Of a stretch of DNA of 64,000 nucleotides, positions 1 to 14,545 are shown in pieces. The notes beneath the pieces are model-generated. The model saw only the letters and a program-made list of their open reading frames with translations. It ran no database searches and was not told where the DNA came from. The position numbers and the translations under genes are program-made. Positions within the stretch are counted from its first letter, which is position 1, and each line of letters opens with the position of its first letter. This stretch comes from Eledone cirrhosa (taxonomy: Eukaryota): NCBI GenBank assembly GCA_964016885.1, contig OZ024744.1:97650001-97714000 (forward strand), in the 5' to 3' direction.

Positions 1-2926
1 GTATTCATAAAAACCTAAGATGGTATTATGTGAATAAAAAAATACATTTCTTCTTAAAACATTTCCAGATATTATGATTATCCTTCAGTTAAATCCCTAT
101 AATCTATGGTAGATTAGCATAGCAGCAAAAGGACAAATCTTTTACTTTCATAAGCTGAAAGACACTGCCTAAGTACAATTATTAACAAAGTTTCAAGACA
201 GATGAAACTGGCTTAATATCATCAAGAATTTTTGGGAGTAAGCATGAAGAATCACATGTTTAAAAAGCATCAAAATATCATTTTAACTCTTTAATTACCA
301 TATTTCTAATGAAGGACATAACCTAATGGCTTTTAAATAACTTAAGATTCTTAAGGTTCTTAAGGTTCTTACATAAAATCATGATGGAAGCTTGTTAGTT
401 AAATATAAACACTTTCAAAAACAGTTGTGCATTGTAGAATCAGGGATGATTTTAGGGAGTATCAAAATGTGCAAATAGTCAGTTTTCTAAAATAATGTAT
501 CCCAGTATTAATTGAATACAGCAAAGCAACAAAAAGTTGTTGATGTTTTTTTCTTTAATTTGCATTTAAAATTTCATAGAATATGCAACAATTTAGGTGC
601 ATATGTGGAGACTGAATTGGAACTTGTTATTATGGAAGATATTCACACTAAAGCCAATAACTGCAAACCTTACTCTGCTTCTTTATATTTGATCCTAGAT
701 TTACTGAATGTGGATCAAATAGCTTTTTGTATTATGTTCTATGATACGAGTTAGCTGCATTCTACACAGTATGTTTTCACATTTGAACCAGCAATGAGAT
801 AATATTGACTAGCAGATTGTGCATGTACTGATACTACAGAGGCATTTCTATTTGCCTCTTCAGTTATGAAACAAAAAAAAAAAATAGTCCAGAAGAAATA
901 TTTTCATATGTAGGCTCAAAAGATGTTTTGAACAAATCAATCAATATCTTGATAATAAGAATATTAGTCATATTCTATAGCCTAATATTAATGTAATTCC
1001 AAATAATCAATGCTATTTTGGAAATCTGATGAGCGAGATTTAGACCCAATCAAAGAATATATTTGTTTATAAACAGAAAGCCAAGGAATTAAGTTCACTG
1101 TGATAGTTACACCCAAGAAGCCTAATAAAGTTTCTACTTTTGGCACAAGGCCAGCAATTACTCCAGTGTATTACTGGTACTTTATTTTATCGACCCCCGC
1201 CCGTAAGGATGAAAGGTAAAGGATAAGAACTCGGAACGTAAAGGGCCACAACTCTATGTTTCAAAGCATGGTGTCTGACGCTCTGCCAATACAGCCAAAC
1301 CACAATTGAAACAAGATTATGTGCAAGTATGGTGGTTTATATTATTGGTACTATGATTATATGGAGAAGATTTTTTTTTTTCAAAAATATAAAATTGGAA
1401 TATTTCTGAGCTTTATCATCATCATCATCATCATCATTTTACGTCCGCTTTTCCCTGCTTGCAAGGGTAGGACGGGAACTGATTCTGGCTTGATTTCTAC
1501 AGCTGGATGCCCTTCCTAACACCAACCTCATTTACAGTGAGTGCTGAGTGCTTTTTTTGCCGTGGCACCTCCACGACCACTTTGCAGTGGAATGATATGG
1601 ACCCCAGTCCCTATCATCTCATTTCTACAGCTGAGTAAACTGGAGCAATGTGAAATAAAGTGTCTTGCTCAAGGAAACAACACATCACCCGGTCTGAGAA
1701 TTGAACTCATAACCTTTCAATTGCAAGGCCAATACTCTAACCACTAAGCCATGTGCCTCCATATATATGTATGTATGTATATATTTATATATATTGTCCA
1801 ACTCATGCAAGCATGGAAAAGCAGACGCAAAAACCCTCATCATCATGATAATATATATATATATACCATCATCATCATCATCATCATCATCGTCCATTTT
1901 TTTGTTTTTTCATGCTAGCATGAATTATGTGGGTTGTCCCATTTGAGGCAAGTCAGATTAGATGACTGTGTCTTGCTCATACTGAACTGATTCTGGCTCA
2001 GTTTCTACAGCTGGATACCCTTCCTAACACCAACCACATTTACAGTGTGTGTTGGGTGTTTTTTTTTTGTTATGACACCAGCGCGACCACTTTACTGTGT
2101 AGGTTGGGTGCTTTTTGTCATGATGCGAACACAATCATTTTACAGTATGGACTGGGTGCTTCTAGTGGCGCTAAAACAACCACTTTACAGGGTGGCCTGG
2201 GTGCTTCTTCTTTTGGCATCAAAACAACCACTTTACGGGGTGGACTGTGTGCTTCTTGTTGTGGCACTAAAACAACCACTTTACAGTGTGATATATATAA
2301 ATATATATACATAATATATATATATATATAATTTTCTTCCTTCCTAAAATGTTTGTCACCTCATTATTGTGTGAACAATATACAGTCTTGCTTTCTATGG
2401 TTTTGATGAACAAGGATTTAATTATTGGGATTTAATTTATTGCAATGATCACATAATTTACGCAGTATAAAATTTGATTAGTGTGCTTTGAAAAGTGACA
2501 TGCAAGCAGTTGCAAATGACCAGCTGAGTCGACAGCAACTTCCCGCCTTCGCAATTGCATCTCAATTTCTCACCGATGCAAACGGATGTGTTACACATTT
2601 ATTCATGAATTTAGCACATGCTTATAAAATTTAAAATATTATCCTCACTCGATGTAAACATGTCTACTAAAAGAAATGTGATACCATTGTAGAAAGTAAT
2701 AAAAAAAAAAAGTGTGGAGGTGGATGGGAATTATTAAGCTTGAGTTATTTGCAGAATAAAAATAGAGCAAAAAACAAACGTAAAATTGAAACAGAGAGAG
2801 TCAGGATTTAGAGAATCAAAAATACAAACTATGATATTTTGAGGTAAAGTGAATGAAGAACAGAATCAAGGTAAAAGGAAGATCTACATAATTAATGAAG
2901 ATATATAAGTTACTTGATAAAGTGTA

Positions 2927-3310
2927 TAGCTTGGAGATCAGAGAATCACTCCAGGTAGAGCCGCAACTTCTCTGAATTGAGAGATCACAGCTCCGATACT
3001 ATGGACATGTGGTTAGAATGTCCTAGGAAAGAACCACAGGTCAGATTTGTTGCTCGGAGATCAGAGAGTCACTCCAGGTAGAGCCACAACTTCTCTGAAT
3101 TGAGAGATCACAGCTCCGATACTATGGACATGTGGTTAGAACGTCTCAGGAAAGAATGGCTGGACAGATTTTATGGCAAAAACCAACAAACAGGAGACCC
3201 AGGGGTAGACCCCCCAAGTAAGATGGTTGGATAACATCCATGAGCTTGGCTGGTCTTGCTTGGGGATCCAGCTAGATCAGTTGGAGACGGTTGCTTTTGG
3301 CAGGACCTAG
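2927..3310 (+). mobile_element. RTE-clade LINE 3' fragment with an internal tandem duplication of about 122 bp
   Basis: SLEIRESLQVEP.LL*IERSQLRYYGHVVRM occurs twice, followed by RRPRGRP..RWLDNI. Confidence 0.75.
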
Positions 3311-6300
3311 GTTGAAGACCATTAAAAGATGGAAAAAAAAGTTGCCATCAGCCATTATGAGGGATTGAACCTCATATCTCCCAGCTGGTATTTTGGGAAT
3401 GATGAGGTTTAATTCTTCATTGTAGCTGATAGCAACTTTTTGTTTCATCATTTAACGGTCTTCCCCCTATTTTATAGCATCTCTGCACATTTAGGGTTCT
3501 TCACTATATTTTATAAGATATTTTATAACATCTCTGTGTATGAGTACATCATCTTTTATACTTATATATCTATATTCTCTGCACTTAAAAGTCCGAGAGA
3601 TTGGTTACATACATAATTAATTAAATATGGAATATACTAGAAACTAAAGTCCAATAAGGGTTGACATGGAGATTCTATTAATATTTTATTGGAAGATTAC
3701 AATAAAAAATGAATTCCCAATTGACACAATGATATGTACAAAGCTCTTAGCCATTTTTTTGTTTCTCAACTGGAAGGAAACAATTATCATATGTTGACTG
3801 TAACATTTTTATGGCAGCAAATAATGGTTAGAAATCTCTGATTTTAGAAGCTACAAGTACAGTTGAAGATACTGCAACTATAAACTTTGATGAATTTTGA
3901 AAAATAATGATTTCTAATTTAGGCACACAAGGTGGCAAATTGGCTGAGTCATTAGAATGTCTGATAGAATGTTTTATGGTATTTATTCCTGTTCTCTGCT
4001 CTATGAGTTCAAATCCTGCCGTAGTCAACTTTGCCTTTCATCCTTTCGAGGTCGATAAAAATAAAAAAAAACGTACCAGTCTAGTATTGAGATAAATTCT
4101 TCCGCTATATCTTTTTCTCATTTCCCCTCTCTCTCTCTCTCTCTGGAAGAAATCTGCTGTACTCAGTCTTGGAGAGGGATGGGCTCTGCTAGCCTTAAAA
4201 TGCCCAAGAAATGCTGTATGTCAATACAGCATCCCTACAACTATATCAGGAGTTACAGGACCATAACATACCATACCATACTAATTTAAGCACAAGGCTT
4301 ACAATTTGCCAGATAGGGGAAAGCTACTTATATCGAGCCCAATATTTGACTGGTACTTTATTTTATCAACTCTGGCATGATGAAAAGCAAAGTTGACCTT
4401 GACAGGATAGATCTTAAAATATCATCAATAAAATAAGTTCAATTATCATCAAAATTTTCAAGACAGTCAAAACTGGCTTAATATCATTCAGAACGTTTTG
4501 GAGTAAGTATGAAGAATCACACTCTGTTTACAAAACATCAACATATCATTTTAATTAACCCTTTCCTTAGCATATTTCTGCAGCCAGTCATTTTAAAATA
4601 ATTTTGAAAATAATCAAGAATTTTTAATTATTTATTTGATGTGTGAAACATAACAAATATTCTTATATTAAATTATGGTGGAATGTTTTTGCATAAGAAG
4701 GTGTTGGAGTTTGCTTGTAACATGGTGTAAACTGTAAAAAAATAGTGTGTTTAATTAAAAGGCTATCACAATGCAAATTGGACATTAACCCTTATAGTAT
4801 CGTGTATTTGTGGTAAAGGCTTTATCTTACATAATGTCGAATCTATGAGATTTTGATATTATTTATTTTGAGAACAATACTTTAACATCAGTATGAGCAG
4901 CCGGTTATGACTAGTTTGAACAGAAAGAGGTGAGATAATTCTGGCCGGATATGGCCAGTTTAAATAATAAAGGGGTAAATGTTTCAAACATCAAGATAAC
5001 AAGGTGTTGGTGTGTTACCTTGGAATTGTTTAAATGGTCCTTAACATTTTGGGACTTCTGCTCCAAATTAGTTTCCCTAATTATCCCGAAATATAGGGAA
5101 CATTACAAAAATTCCAAGGTTATATTTCAACATCTTTGTAATCTTTATATTTTTAACAGTTAATGTCCCATTCCCATTGTGAGGTCGCCTTCTAACAAAA
5201 CCTTAATTTTTGAATAAATATAAACCCTTTAAAACAGACAACTTTATAACATAAAACCATAGGTGATTTCAGGTGTTTCGGTATCAAAAGGATTAAACTT
5301 GAAGGTTTATCCTGTGGATAGGAGATGCAGTTAAAGTCAATACTTTTCTTCATCATCATCATCATCATCAACGTTTAACGTCCGTGTTCCACGCTTGCAT
5401 GGGTTTGGACGGGGGTATTCCCACTTGAGGCAAGAGTGATTGTCTTGCTCGCATAGGACTGTCTGGCAGGTTTTCTACAGTTGGATGCCCTTCCTAACAC
5501 CAACCACATTTACAGTGTGGGTCTGGGAGGTTTTTACCGTGTTGCCTACACGACCACATTACAGCGTGGACTGTGTGTTTTTTTGTCGTGACACCTACAC
5601 GATCTCATTTGTTTCGGCCTGGATGGCGTGGCACCGACATAACTTTACATAGAAGGGGGTGGTGTGGATGGGGTGGGGGTGGTGGGACGGGGTGTATTTT
5701 GTTAGAGATGCCTACTGGCTGTAGTAGGTTTTACTATGTATTTAGGTAAGGTGGGTCTTCTCTGTTACTGAGTACCGCCAAAGGTCTCGGTCCAGTGACA
5801 TTGTCTTGGAGAGGTGTAAGTGTGTGAGGTCGGAGTTTATCAGCTGATAAACGAAAGGGCATTAGAAGTGAGTAATAAACAATATATTCTTATCATTTCA
5901 TGATCTAATAAAAGTGCATGTTGCATATCACTAAAGATTATTTCATGTCACATTTTTGTCCAAAAGTTGAAAATTATTGCTAGAAAAATAATTCTACTTT
6001 TAGATTTCTTTTGAAGTTTGATAAGGCACATGATTAAGCAAACATAACCAACCAAATGATTTTTTCATATTAAAGTGCAAGTGGTATTTTCCCACCTTAT
6101 ATGATATTGTTGTTACAGTACATAAAACTGAGAACAATAGCTAAGCATATCATATTCAAATATCTTTCTCAGAAGCAATTAAAGTTACAACTAAACATGT
6201 TATTACCTCTTTGAGAAATTTTGGGAAAACATTTAACATTAAACAAACAATTAAAAAATATTCTTGAGTCATGGGAAGAAGTGATACACAGCTGTATGAT

Positions 6301-7545
6301 AACTATGATATCTAATAAAATCTCTATGCATGAATGCATCAATGATAGCTTCAAAATTGCAGAAAACATTAATATAATTGCTGCCATTATAAAAGGTTTT
6401 AACACTTTTCATATTAAATCACCTGAAACCAACCATGTTTTGATCATACAAAACCATTTATTTTAAAATCATTATTTAAATTTAGTTTTAAAAAAATCTC
6501 CTTCTTAGTTTTATGTAAGAATCTTTAAGTTTTGCTTCAAACCAGCTAAGGATATTGGTTTATGATTTAGGCACAATGCCAACAATTTTGAGGGAGAGGA
6601 AAGTCGATTAAATCAATTCCAGTGCATTACTGGTGCATTATCTTATCAATCCCATAAGGATGAAAGGCAAAGTTAACCTTGGCAGGATTTGAACTCGGAT
6701 CGTAAAAGGCCAAAGCTAATAATGGTTTCTGATTTTGGCACAAGGCCAACAATTTCAAGGGAAGGGGAAGTCGATTAAACCAACCCCAGTGCATTACTGG
6801 TACTTTATTTTATCGACCCCGTAAGAATGAATGGCAAAGTTAACCTTGGCACGATTTGAACTCAGATCATACTAAATCCCTCCAAATTCTTTATTATTTT
6901 CCAAATTAATTTTAAATTATTGGCAGTGATATTCATTAGGAATTCAGTAATGAAAGGGTTAATGTAAATTACAGTGAAAGGAACTTGATGAATTTGGTGG
7001 GGATATAGATAGAATGGACCAAACAATTATTATTGGATAATGATTTAAATGTCAATAGGAGTATAGTTGTTCATTAAGGTTTTAGATTAATTGAATTAAT
7101 TGTTATCACAAAATGTTTGGCTTGAAAGAAAAATACTAAAACTGTTCAACTGGCTTTTGATAGAGTTTTCTTGGAAACTTAAAACCATGGAACCTTATCT
7201 CCTGATGGAGTTTGTAGGAGTGCTGCTCTGACATATAGCAGCACGTCTTGAACATTTTAAACTTGGTGGTGCCTGCCCCTTTCCAGTGAAGGAGTAGAGA
7301 GAGAGAGAGACAGTAGGAGATAGATAGATAAAGGGAGAGAGAGTGAGAGAGAGAGAGACAGTAGGAGATAGATAGATAGAGGGAGAGAGAGTGAGAGAGA
7401 GAGAGAGAGAGACAGTAGGAGATAGATAGATAAAGGGAGAGAGAGTGAGAGAGAGAGTGAGAGAGAGAGAGACAGTAGGAGATAGATAGATAGAGGGAGA
7501 GAGAGTGAGAGAGAGAGAGAGAGACAGTAGGAGATGGATAGATAA

Positions 7546-7603
<58 letters not shown>

Positions 7604-7828
7604 TCGGAGATAGATAGATAGAGGGAGAGAGAGTGAGAGAGAGAGGGGGGGGGGGGCAAGAAAAAATGACGCCAGTATTAAACTGATATTTAATTTATTA
7701 ACTTCAAAAGGATGAAAGGAAAAATTGAGCATAGTGGAATTTGAAGTCAGAGCACTGATAGCCAGAAAAAATACCATGAAGCAATCTATCCAATGGTTTA
7801 ACAAGCCTACCAATTTACTGTCTATATA

Positions 7829-9769
7829 ACAGTCCACACTGTAAAGTGGTCATGTAGGTGTCACGGCAAAAAACACCCAGTCCACACTGTAAAGTGGTCA
7901 TGTAGGTGTCACGGCAAAAAACACCCAGCCCACACTGTAAAGTAGTCATGTAGGTGTCTCGGCAAAAAACACCCAGCCCACACAGTAAAGTGGTCATGTA
8001 GGTGTCACGGCAAAAAACACCCAGTCCACACTGTAAAGTGGTCATGTAGGTGTCATGACAAAAAACATCCAGTCCACACTGTAAAGTGGTCATGTAGGTG
8101 TCACGGCAAAAAACACCCAGTCCACACTGTAAAGTGGTCATGTAGGTGTCACGGCAAAAAACACCCAGTCCACACTGTAAAGTGGTCATGTAGGTGTCAC
8201 GGCAAAAAACACCCAGTCCACACTGTAAAGTGGTCATGTAGGTGTCACGGCAAAAAACACCCAGTCCACACTGTACAGTGGTCATGTAGGTGTCACGGCA
8301 AAAAACACCCAGTCCACACTGTAAAGTGGTCATGTAGGTGTCATGGCAAAAAACACCCAGTCCACACTGTAAAGTGGTCATGTAGGTGTCACGGCAAAAA
8401 ACACCCAGTCCACACTGTAAAGTGGTCATGTAGGTGTCACGGCAAAAAACACCCAGTCCACACTGTAAAGTGGTCATGTAGGTGTCACGGCAAAAAACAC
8501 CCAGTCCACACTGTACAGTGGTCATGTAGGTGTCATGGCAAAAAACACCCAGTCCACACTGTAAAGTGGTCATGTAGGTGTCATGGCAAAAAACACCCAG
8601 TCCACACTGTACAGTGGTCATGTAGGTGTCACGGCAAAAAACACCCAGTCCACACTGTAAAGTGGTCATGTAGGTGTCATGGCAAAAAACACCCAGTCCA
8701 CACTGTAAAGTGGTCATGTAGGTGTCATGGCAAAAAACACCCAGTCCACACTGTAAAGTGGTCATGTAGGTGTCATGGCAAAAAACACCCAGTCCACACT
8801 GTAAAGTGGACATGTAGGTGTCATGGCAAAAAACACCCAGTCCACACTGTAAAGTGGTCATGTAGGTGTCACAATAAAATGCACCCAGTCCACACTGTAA
8901 AGTGGTCATGTAGGTGTCATGGCAAAAAACACCCAGTCCACACTGTACAGTGGTCATGTAGGTGTCATGGCAAAAAACACCCAGTCCACACTGTAAAGTG
9001 GTCATGTAGGTGTCATGGCAAAAAACACCCAGTCCACACTGTACAGTGGTCATGTAGGTGTCATGGCAAAAAACACCCAGTCCACACTGTAAAGTGGTCA
9101 TGTAGGTGTCATGGCAAAAAACACCCAGTCCACACTGTAAAGTGGTCATGTAGGTGTCATGGCAAAAAACACCCAGTCCACACTGTAAAGTGGACATGTA
9201 GGTGTCATGGCAAAAAACACCCAGTCCACACTGTAAAGTGGTCATGTAGGTGTCACAATAAAATGCACCCAGTCCACACTGTAAAGTGGTCATGTAGGTG
9301 TCATGGCAAAAAACACCCAGTCCACACTGTACAGTGGTCATGTAGGTGTCATGGCAAAAAACACCCAGTCCACACTGTAAAGTGGTCATGTAGGTGTCAT
9401 GGCAAAAAACACCCAGTCCACACTGTAAAGTGGTCATGTAGGTGTCATGGCAAAAAACACCCAGTCCACACTGTAAAGTGGTCATGTAGGTGTCACAATA
9501 AAATGCACCCAGTCCACACTGTAAAGTGGTCATGTAGGTGTCATGGCAAAAAACACCCAGTCCACACTGTACAGTGGTCATGTAGGTGTCATGGCAAAAA
9601 ACACCCAGTCCACACTGTAAAGTGGTCATGTAGGTGTCACAATAAAATGCACCCAGTCCACACTGTAAAGTGGTCATGTAGGTGTCATGGCAAAAAACAC
9701 CCAGTCCACACTGTAAAGTGGTCATGTAGGTGTCACGGCAAAAAACACCCAGTCCACACTGTAAAGTGG
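7829..9769. repeat. 48-bp tandem array, about 40 copies
   Basis: Unit ccagtccacactgtaaagtggtcatgtaggtgtca(c/t)ggcaaaaaacac; gives 16-aa periodicity in ORFs 7815-9788 and 8879-9826. Confidence 0.97.
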
Positions 9770-9930
9770 TTGGTGTTAGGAAGGGCATCTAGCCGTAGAA
9801 ATCAAGCCAGAAACAGTTCTATTTGAGCAAGACACAGTCACCTAACCTGACTTGCCTCTAATAGGGCAACCTGTCTAACCCATGCTAGCATGGAAAATGG
9901 ACGTTAAACGTTGATGATGATGATGATGAC
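9770..9930 (+). mobile_element. 3' part of a SINE-like element with a (GAT)n tail, contiguous with the 48-bp array
   Basis: tggtgttaggaagggcatc.agc.gtagaaa...catgctagcatggaaaatggacgttaaacgttgatgatg. Inverted relatives at 1415-1590, 1868-2290 and 5350-5600. Confidence 0.75.
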
Positions 9931-10977
9931 GGCATACTACATAGTTTTCAGCAATTCCAAATTGTATAGTGAGTTGTGTGGTTTTTTTAAATTTTTTTAT
10001 GGTGTGTTCTTTTCAGGTAAAGCTAAGATGAGTGAGCTATAGGGAGCTGTGGAGGCCAACAATTTGCGGGGGGAGACAGTCAATCAAATCGACTTCAGTG
10101 CATTACTGGTACATTATTTTATCAACCCTGTAAGGATGAAAGGCAAAGCTAACCTCGGCGGGATTTGAACTTAGGATGTAAAGGGACGTAACTAAATGCT
10201 GCAAAGCATGATGTCCGATCCTCTACTAATACTGCCAATGCACCGCCATTTAAGAAACTAGAATATAATAATTTCTAGTATAGGCACAAAGCCAGTAATT
10301 TGCAGAAAGTCGATTAAATCAACCTCAGTACATTACTGGTACTTTATTTTATCGACTTCGTAAGGATGAAAGGTAAAGTCAACCTCGGCGGGATTTGAAC
10401 TCAGATATAAAGGGTTGTAACTCTATGCTGCAAGGCTTGGTGTCCGATTCTCTACCGATACTGCCATTTAAGAAGCTAGCATATAATAAAATACAATAAC
10501 TGAGATAAAACTTGTTTCAAGTTTCAAGCAATATCTTAATCGATATCTTTCATCTGATGATTCCGGAGAATGAACTCTATAGATAATGAACACAACCACA
10601 AGGATATGGTTTGGACGTGGAAGAGCCGAACTCCCACTGCCATTGCCCCCCCCCCCCCCCCATATGGTGAGCAAAGATTGTGTAGGATTGTGTTTTATTG
10701 TTCATTTAGATTAAGAAAGATGAGCGTGTAGGGTTCGGGTTAGGATTAGGGTTAGGGTTTGATAACACCAACGCAATTCCAAATTGTTTATTGTTTTGTT
10801 TTTGTAAATCTATTTTCTTGGATTAATTATAATTACTTCCATTGATTAATGCAATGTTGATATATACAGGAATCAATTGATCAAGGGATCAATTGATTTA
10901 AACAGGAGATAGCTAGATGTGTTTAGATTCCTTTATCAGTTACTGTTACTTCCACCAGAGCTGACCTATGGTTAGAC

Positions 10978-11475
10978 AACAACGGCAGCAGCAGCAGCAG
11001 CAGTAACAACAGTAGCAGTAGTAACAATAACAGCAGCAGTAACAACAGCAGCAGTAGTAGTAACAATAACAGCAGCAGTTACAAAAATGACAGCAACAAC
11101 AACAACAACAACAGTAACGACAACATAGCAATACTAACAACAACAGCAACAACAATAGTAACAACAACAACAGCAACAACAACAGCAGCAGTAACAATAA
11201 CATGCTACAATAACAACAACTACAACAACAACAATATCTCAAGACAACAATAACAACAACAACAACAACAACAACAACAGTAGCAATACTAACAACAACA
11301 GCAGCAGCATCAACAACAACAGTAGCTCAGGACAACAACAACAACGACAACAGTAACAGTACTAACAGTACTAACAACAACAGCAGCAGCAATAGTAACA
11401 ACAACAGCAACAACAGCAGCAGCATCAACAACAACAGTAACTCAGGACAACAACAACAACAAGCACCAACAACGA
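10978..11475. repeat. (CAA/CAG/TAA)n compound microsatellite
   Basis: Direct inspection. Confidence 0.95.
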
Positions 11476-11529
11476 AAAAAAAACACAAATACGCAATTTT
11501 TATCTACACTGTGATTCTGACTCCCCCTT

Positions 11530-11620
<91 letters not shown>

Positions 11621-11879
11621 ATAATGATAAACGTGAAGACTAAAATCCAAAGAGGGCTAGATAAGGATAATATATATATCAAATATATAAGAACCGTAGA
11701 GCAAATAATATATATCCACAAGAAAAGAATTAAAGAAATCTAAAACCCTAAAAGCCCCGGGTCCTTGACAAAACATCAAAGAAACATAAACAAACATTTA
11801 AAGATTGAGGAATCGTTGTACTAACCATTATCTACAACTACCCGTACCACAGAACAACCAGGATGACTTCATGGCGGTG

Positions 11880-12458
11880 TTTATGTATGTATGTATGTAT
11901 GTATGTATGTATGTATGTATGTATGTATGTATGTATGTATGTATGTATGTATGTAGCTGTGTTTATGTATGTATGTATGTGTGTATGTATGTATGTATGT
12001 GTGTATGTGTGTATGTGTGTATGTATGTGTGTATGTGTGTATGTATGTGTGTGTATGTGGGTATGTATGTATGTATGTATGTATGTATGTATGTATGTAT
12101 GTATGTATGAGTGTATGTATGTATGTATGTGTGTATGTATGTATGCGTGTATGAATGTATGTATGTATGTATGTATGTATGTATGTATGTATGTATGTAT
12201 GTAGCTGTGTTTATGTATGTGTGTATGTATGTATGTGTGTGTGTATGTGTGTATGTATGTATGTATGTATGTATGTGTGTGTGTATGTGTGTATGTATGT
12301 GTGTATGTATGTGTGTGTATGTATGTATGTATGTATGTATGTATGTATGTATGTATGTATGTATGTATGTATGAGTGTATGTATGTATGTATGTATGTGT
12401 GTATGTATGTATGCGTGTATGAATGTATGTATATATGTATGTATGAATGTGTGTATGT
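11880..12458. repeat. (ATGT/GT)n microsatellite
   Basis: Direct inspection. Confidence 0.95.
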
Positions 12459-12649
12459 TCTTCTGTTTTTATAATTTCACAATTTTTCCCACTAGAGAGA
12501 GTCGGTTTCTAACATAGACACAAGACTCTCTCATTGGGATTTACACAACATCAACTAGGTAGGTTATATATGCATGCATGTGTAGATATGGATGTTATTG
12601 TATGTGTGGATGTGAATGTTTTGAGTTGTAGGTGTACATGTGTATATGC

Positions 12650-14545
12650 TTTGTGGTCTATTATGCCTGCATTTTATTGGGGATTTTACTGGAACATTCC
12701 ACCAATAATCTTTTATATTATGAATATGTATGTCTTCCACATTGCTATAGCTTTCAATGTGTTTATTATCGGGGCTTTCTTTTCTACGGATTGCATTGTA
12801 CAGGATTTTGGCCACTACATCATGCCTCATAGGTAGATAGTACCGCGATGACATCTTTGGGCAGCTGCTGATGACATTGGTGACATCTTCAATATTAATT
12901 CTGCAGAGTCTGCACTTGTTATCACATCTAGGTGTTTTGCCTGCATCCCTATCTCTTTTGTGAATCAGGTATTTCGTGTTAATTTCCTGTTCTTGAATTG
13001 CAAAAAGCGTATCCTTCAAAGTGGGAGCCAATATAGCGGTTGTTGGTCCAAGATAGACTACTTTCCTTATCTATATTACTCTCACTCTGGGGCTTCCTGG
13101 CAACATATCCATGCATGATTTTTTGCTGATAAGCATGCAGTTTTTCATCCATGGATTCACTGCGATACTGCTGAGCGACATCCCTGGGTGTGAGTTTTTG
13201 ATTATCACACTGGGAATATCTCTCGAGGAGTTCCTTCCCAACTCTTATGATCTTATCTGTTTCGTGCAGATAGACTTGCTCGAGGGGCGGGCTCCTACGC
13301 TTCGAGGTTCGAAGATGTTGTCGGAGGGATATGATGCGACATTCAAATGCTGTCTGGACTGATGTTAGGCCTCTGCCTCCCTGCTTGCGTTTCAAGTAAA
13401 GGCGGTCTATGTCACTGTTGATGTGGAAGTTCTGGTGCTGTTTAGTATTTTTCGAGTTCTAACATCAACTGCTCAGATTTCATCTATCGTCCAATTGAGT
13501 ATTCCAAACGTTGGTGTTAGGACAGGCACAGCAAACACATTCTGAACCACTGTTTTGTTTTGCGCAGAGAGTTCCGATGACCAAACCTTTCTTAATCGGG
13601 TGTAGTATTCCCTGGTTACGCGTTCCTTATTAAAGATACCATTATAGGATATGTTCTCATCTATCCCCAGGTATCTGTAGCAGTCCTCATCAGATATCGG
13701 TGAAACAGTTAGGCCATTGATGACAATGTTGCTAGATTGGGTTGTTGTTTTTCCCCTCTTTACAGTCATATATGAGCATTTATCTTGGCCAAACTCCATT
13801 CCTATATCCTTTGAGAACGTTGTAACCAGGTCAAGATTTTTCTTCATCCCATCCATGTTTTTGGCATAGAGTTTCAGATCGTCCACAAAGAAATTATGGG
13901 TTAGGTTCGTATTTCTGTCCTCCTGTGAGCCAATGATGTATCCTTCACATTTCTTGAGCAGAAAGGACAAGGGGTTTAAAGACAGGATGAATAATATCAC
14001 AAAGAGACTGTCTCCCTGAAATATACCCCTGCGATATTTTATTTTATCAGTAAATATAGAGTCCTCTCTCTCTGTCTTTAACAACCTTAGGATAGTAGCC
14101 CAAGAAGAAGACAGCTTCTCTATGGCTATGATAATAATGTCTGGGACTTTAGAAAGTTGGAGGGCCTCTATCATCCAAGAGTGGGGAACAGAATCGAAAG
14201 CTGTCCTGAAGTCTAGCCAGACTGTAGTCATATTCCTCCTAAGTTGTCGCACCTCCGACATCGCAGTTTTGTTGATTAGGAGTTGTTCAGCACATCCCCA
14301 AACCTCTTTCTTTCCAGCTGCTTGTTCATCTGTTATTATTTTCACAGTGATATTGGAGGAATAGGTTGAGGCAGGCTGTATACATCTTATACATCAGGTT
14401 CTGGCATGCAATGGGTCGCTAGTTTTTTGCCAAGTGGGTGTCTTTGTTCTTGGGGACCAGTAATGTTTGTGCTAATGTCAACCATTCTGGTATAAGTGTA
14501 TCTCCCTTAAGAACTTGTTGGTAGAAGTCAGTAAGATACCTCCGA
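12650..14545 (-). mobile_element. Truncated, frameshifted R4/Dong-type (RLE) non-LTR retrotransposon: RT domain plus CCHC knuckle
   Basis: ORFs 14419-14667 (PEWLTLAQTLLVPK), 13473-14345 (QAAGKKEVWGCAEQLLIN, WLDFRTAFDSVPH, GIFQGDSL, FFVDDLKLY, YRYLG), 12979-13395 (KRKQGGRGL) and 12564-13031 (CRLC...VISSC...RHDVVAK...HNRP). Both ends abut (ATGT)n/(GT)n microsatellite. Confidence 0.9.

Noticed and set aside
10730-10760. Telomere-like TTAGGG repeats
   Set aside because: Only about four degenerate units; too short to call an interstitial telomere.
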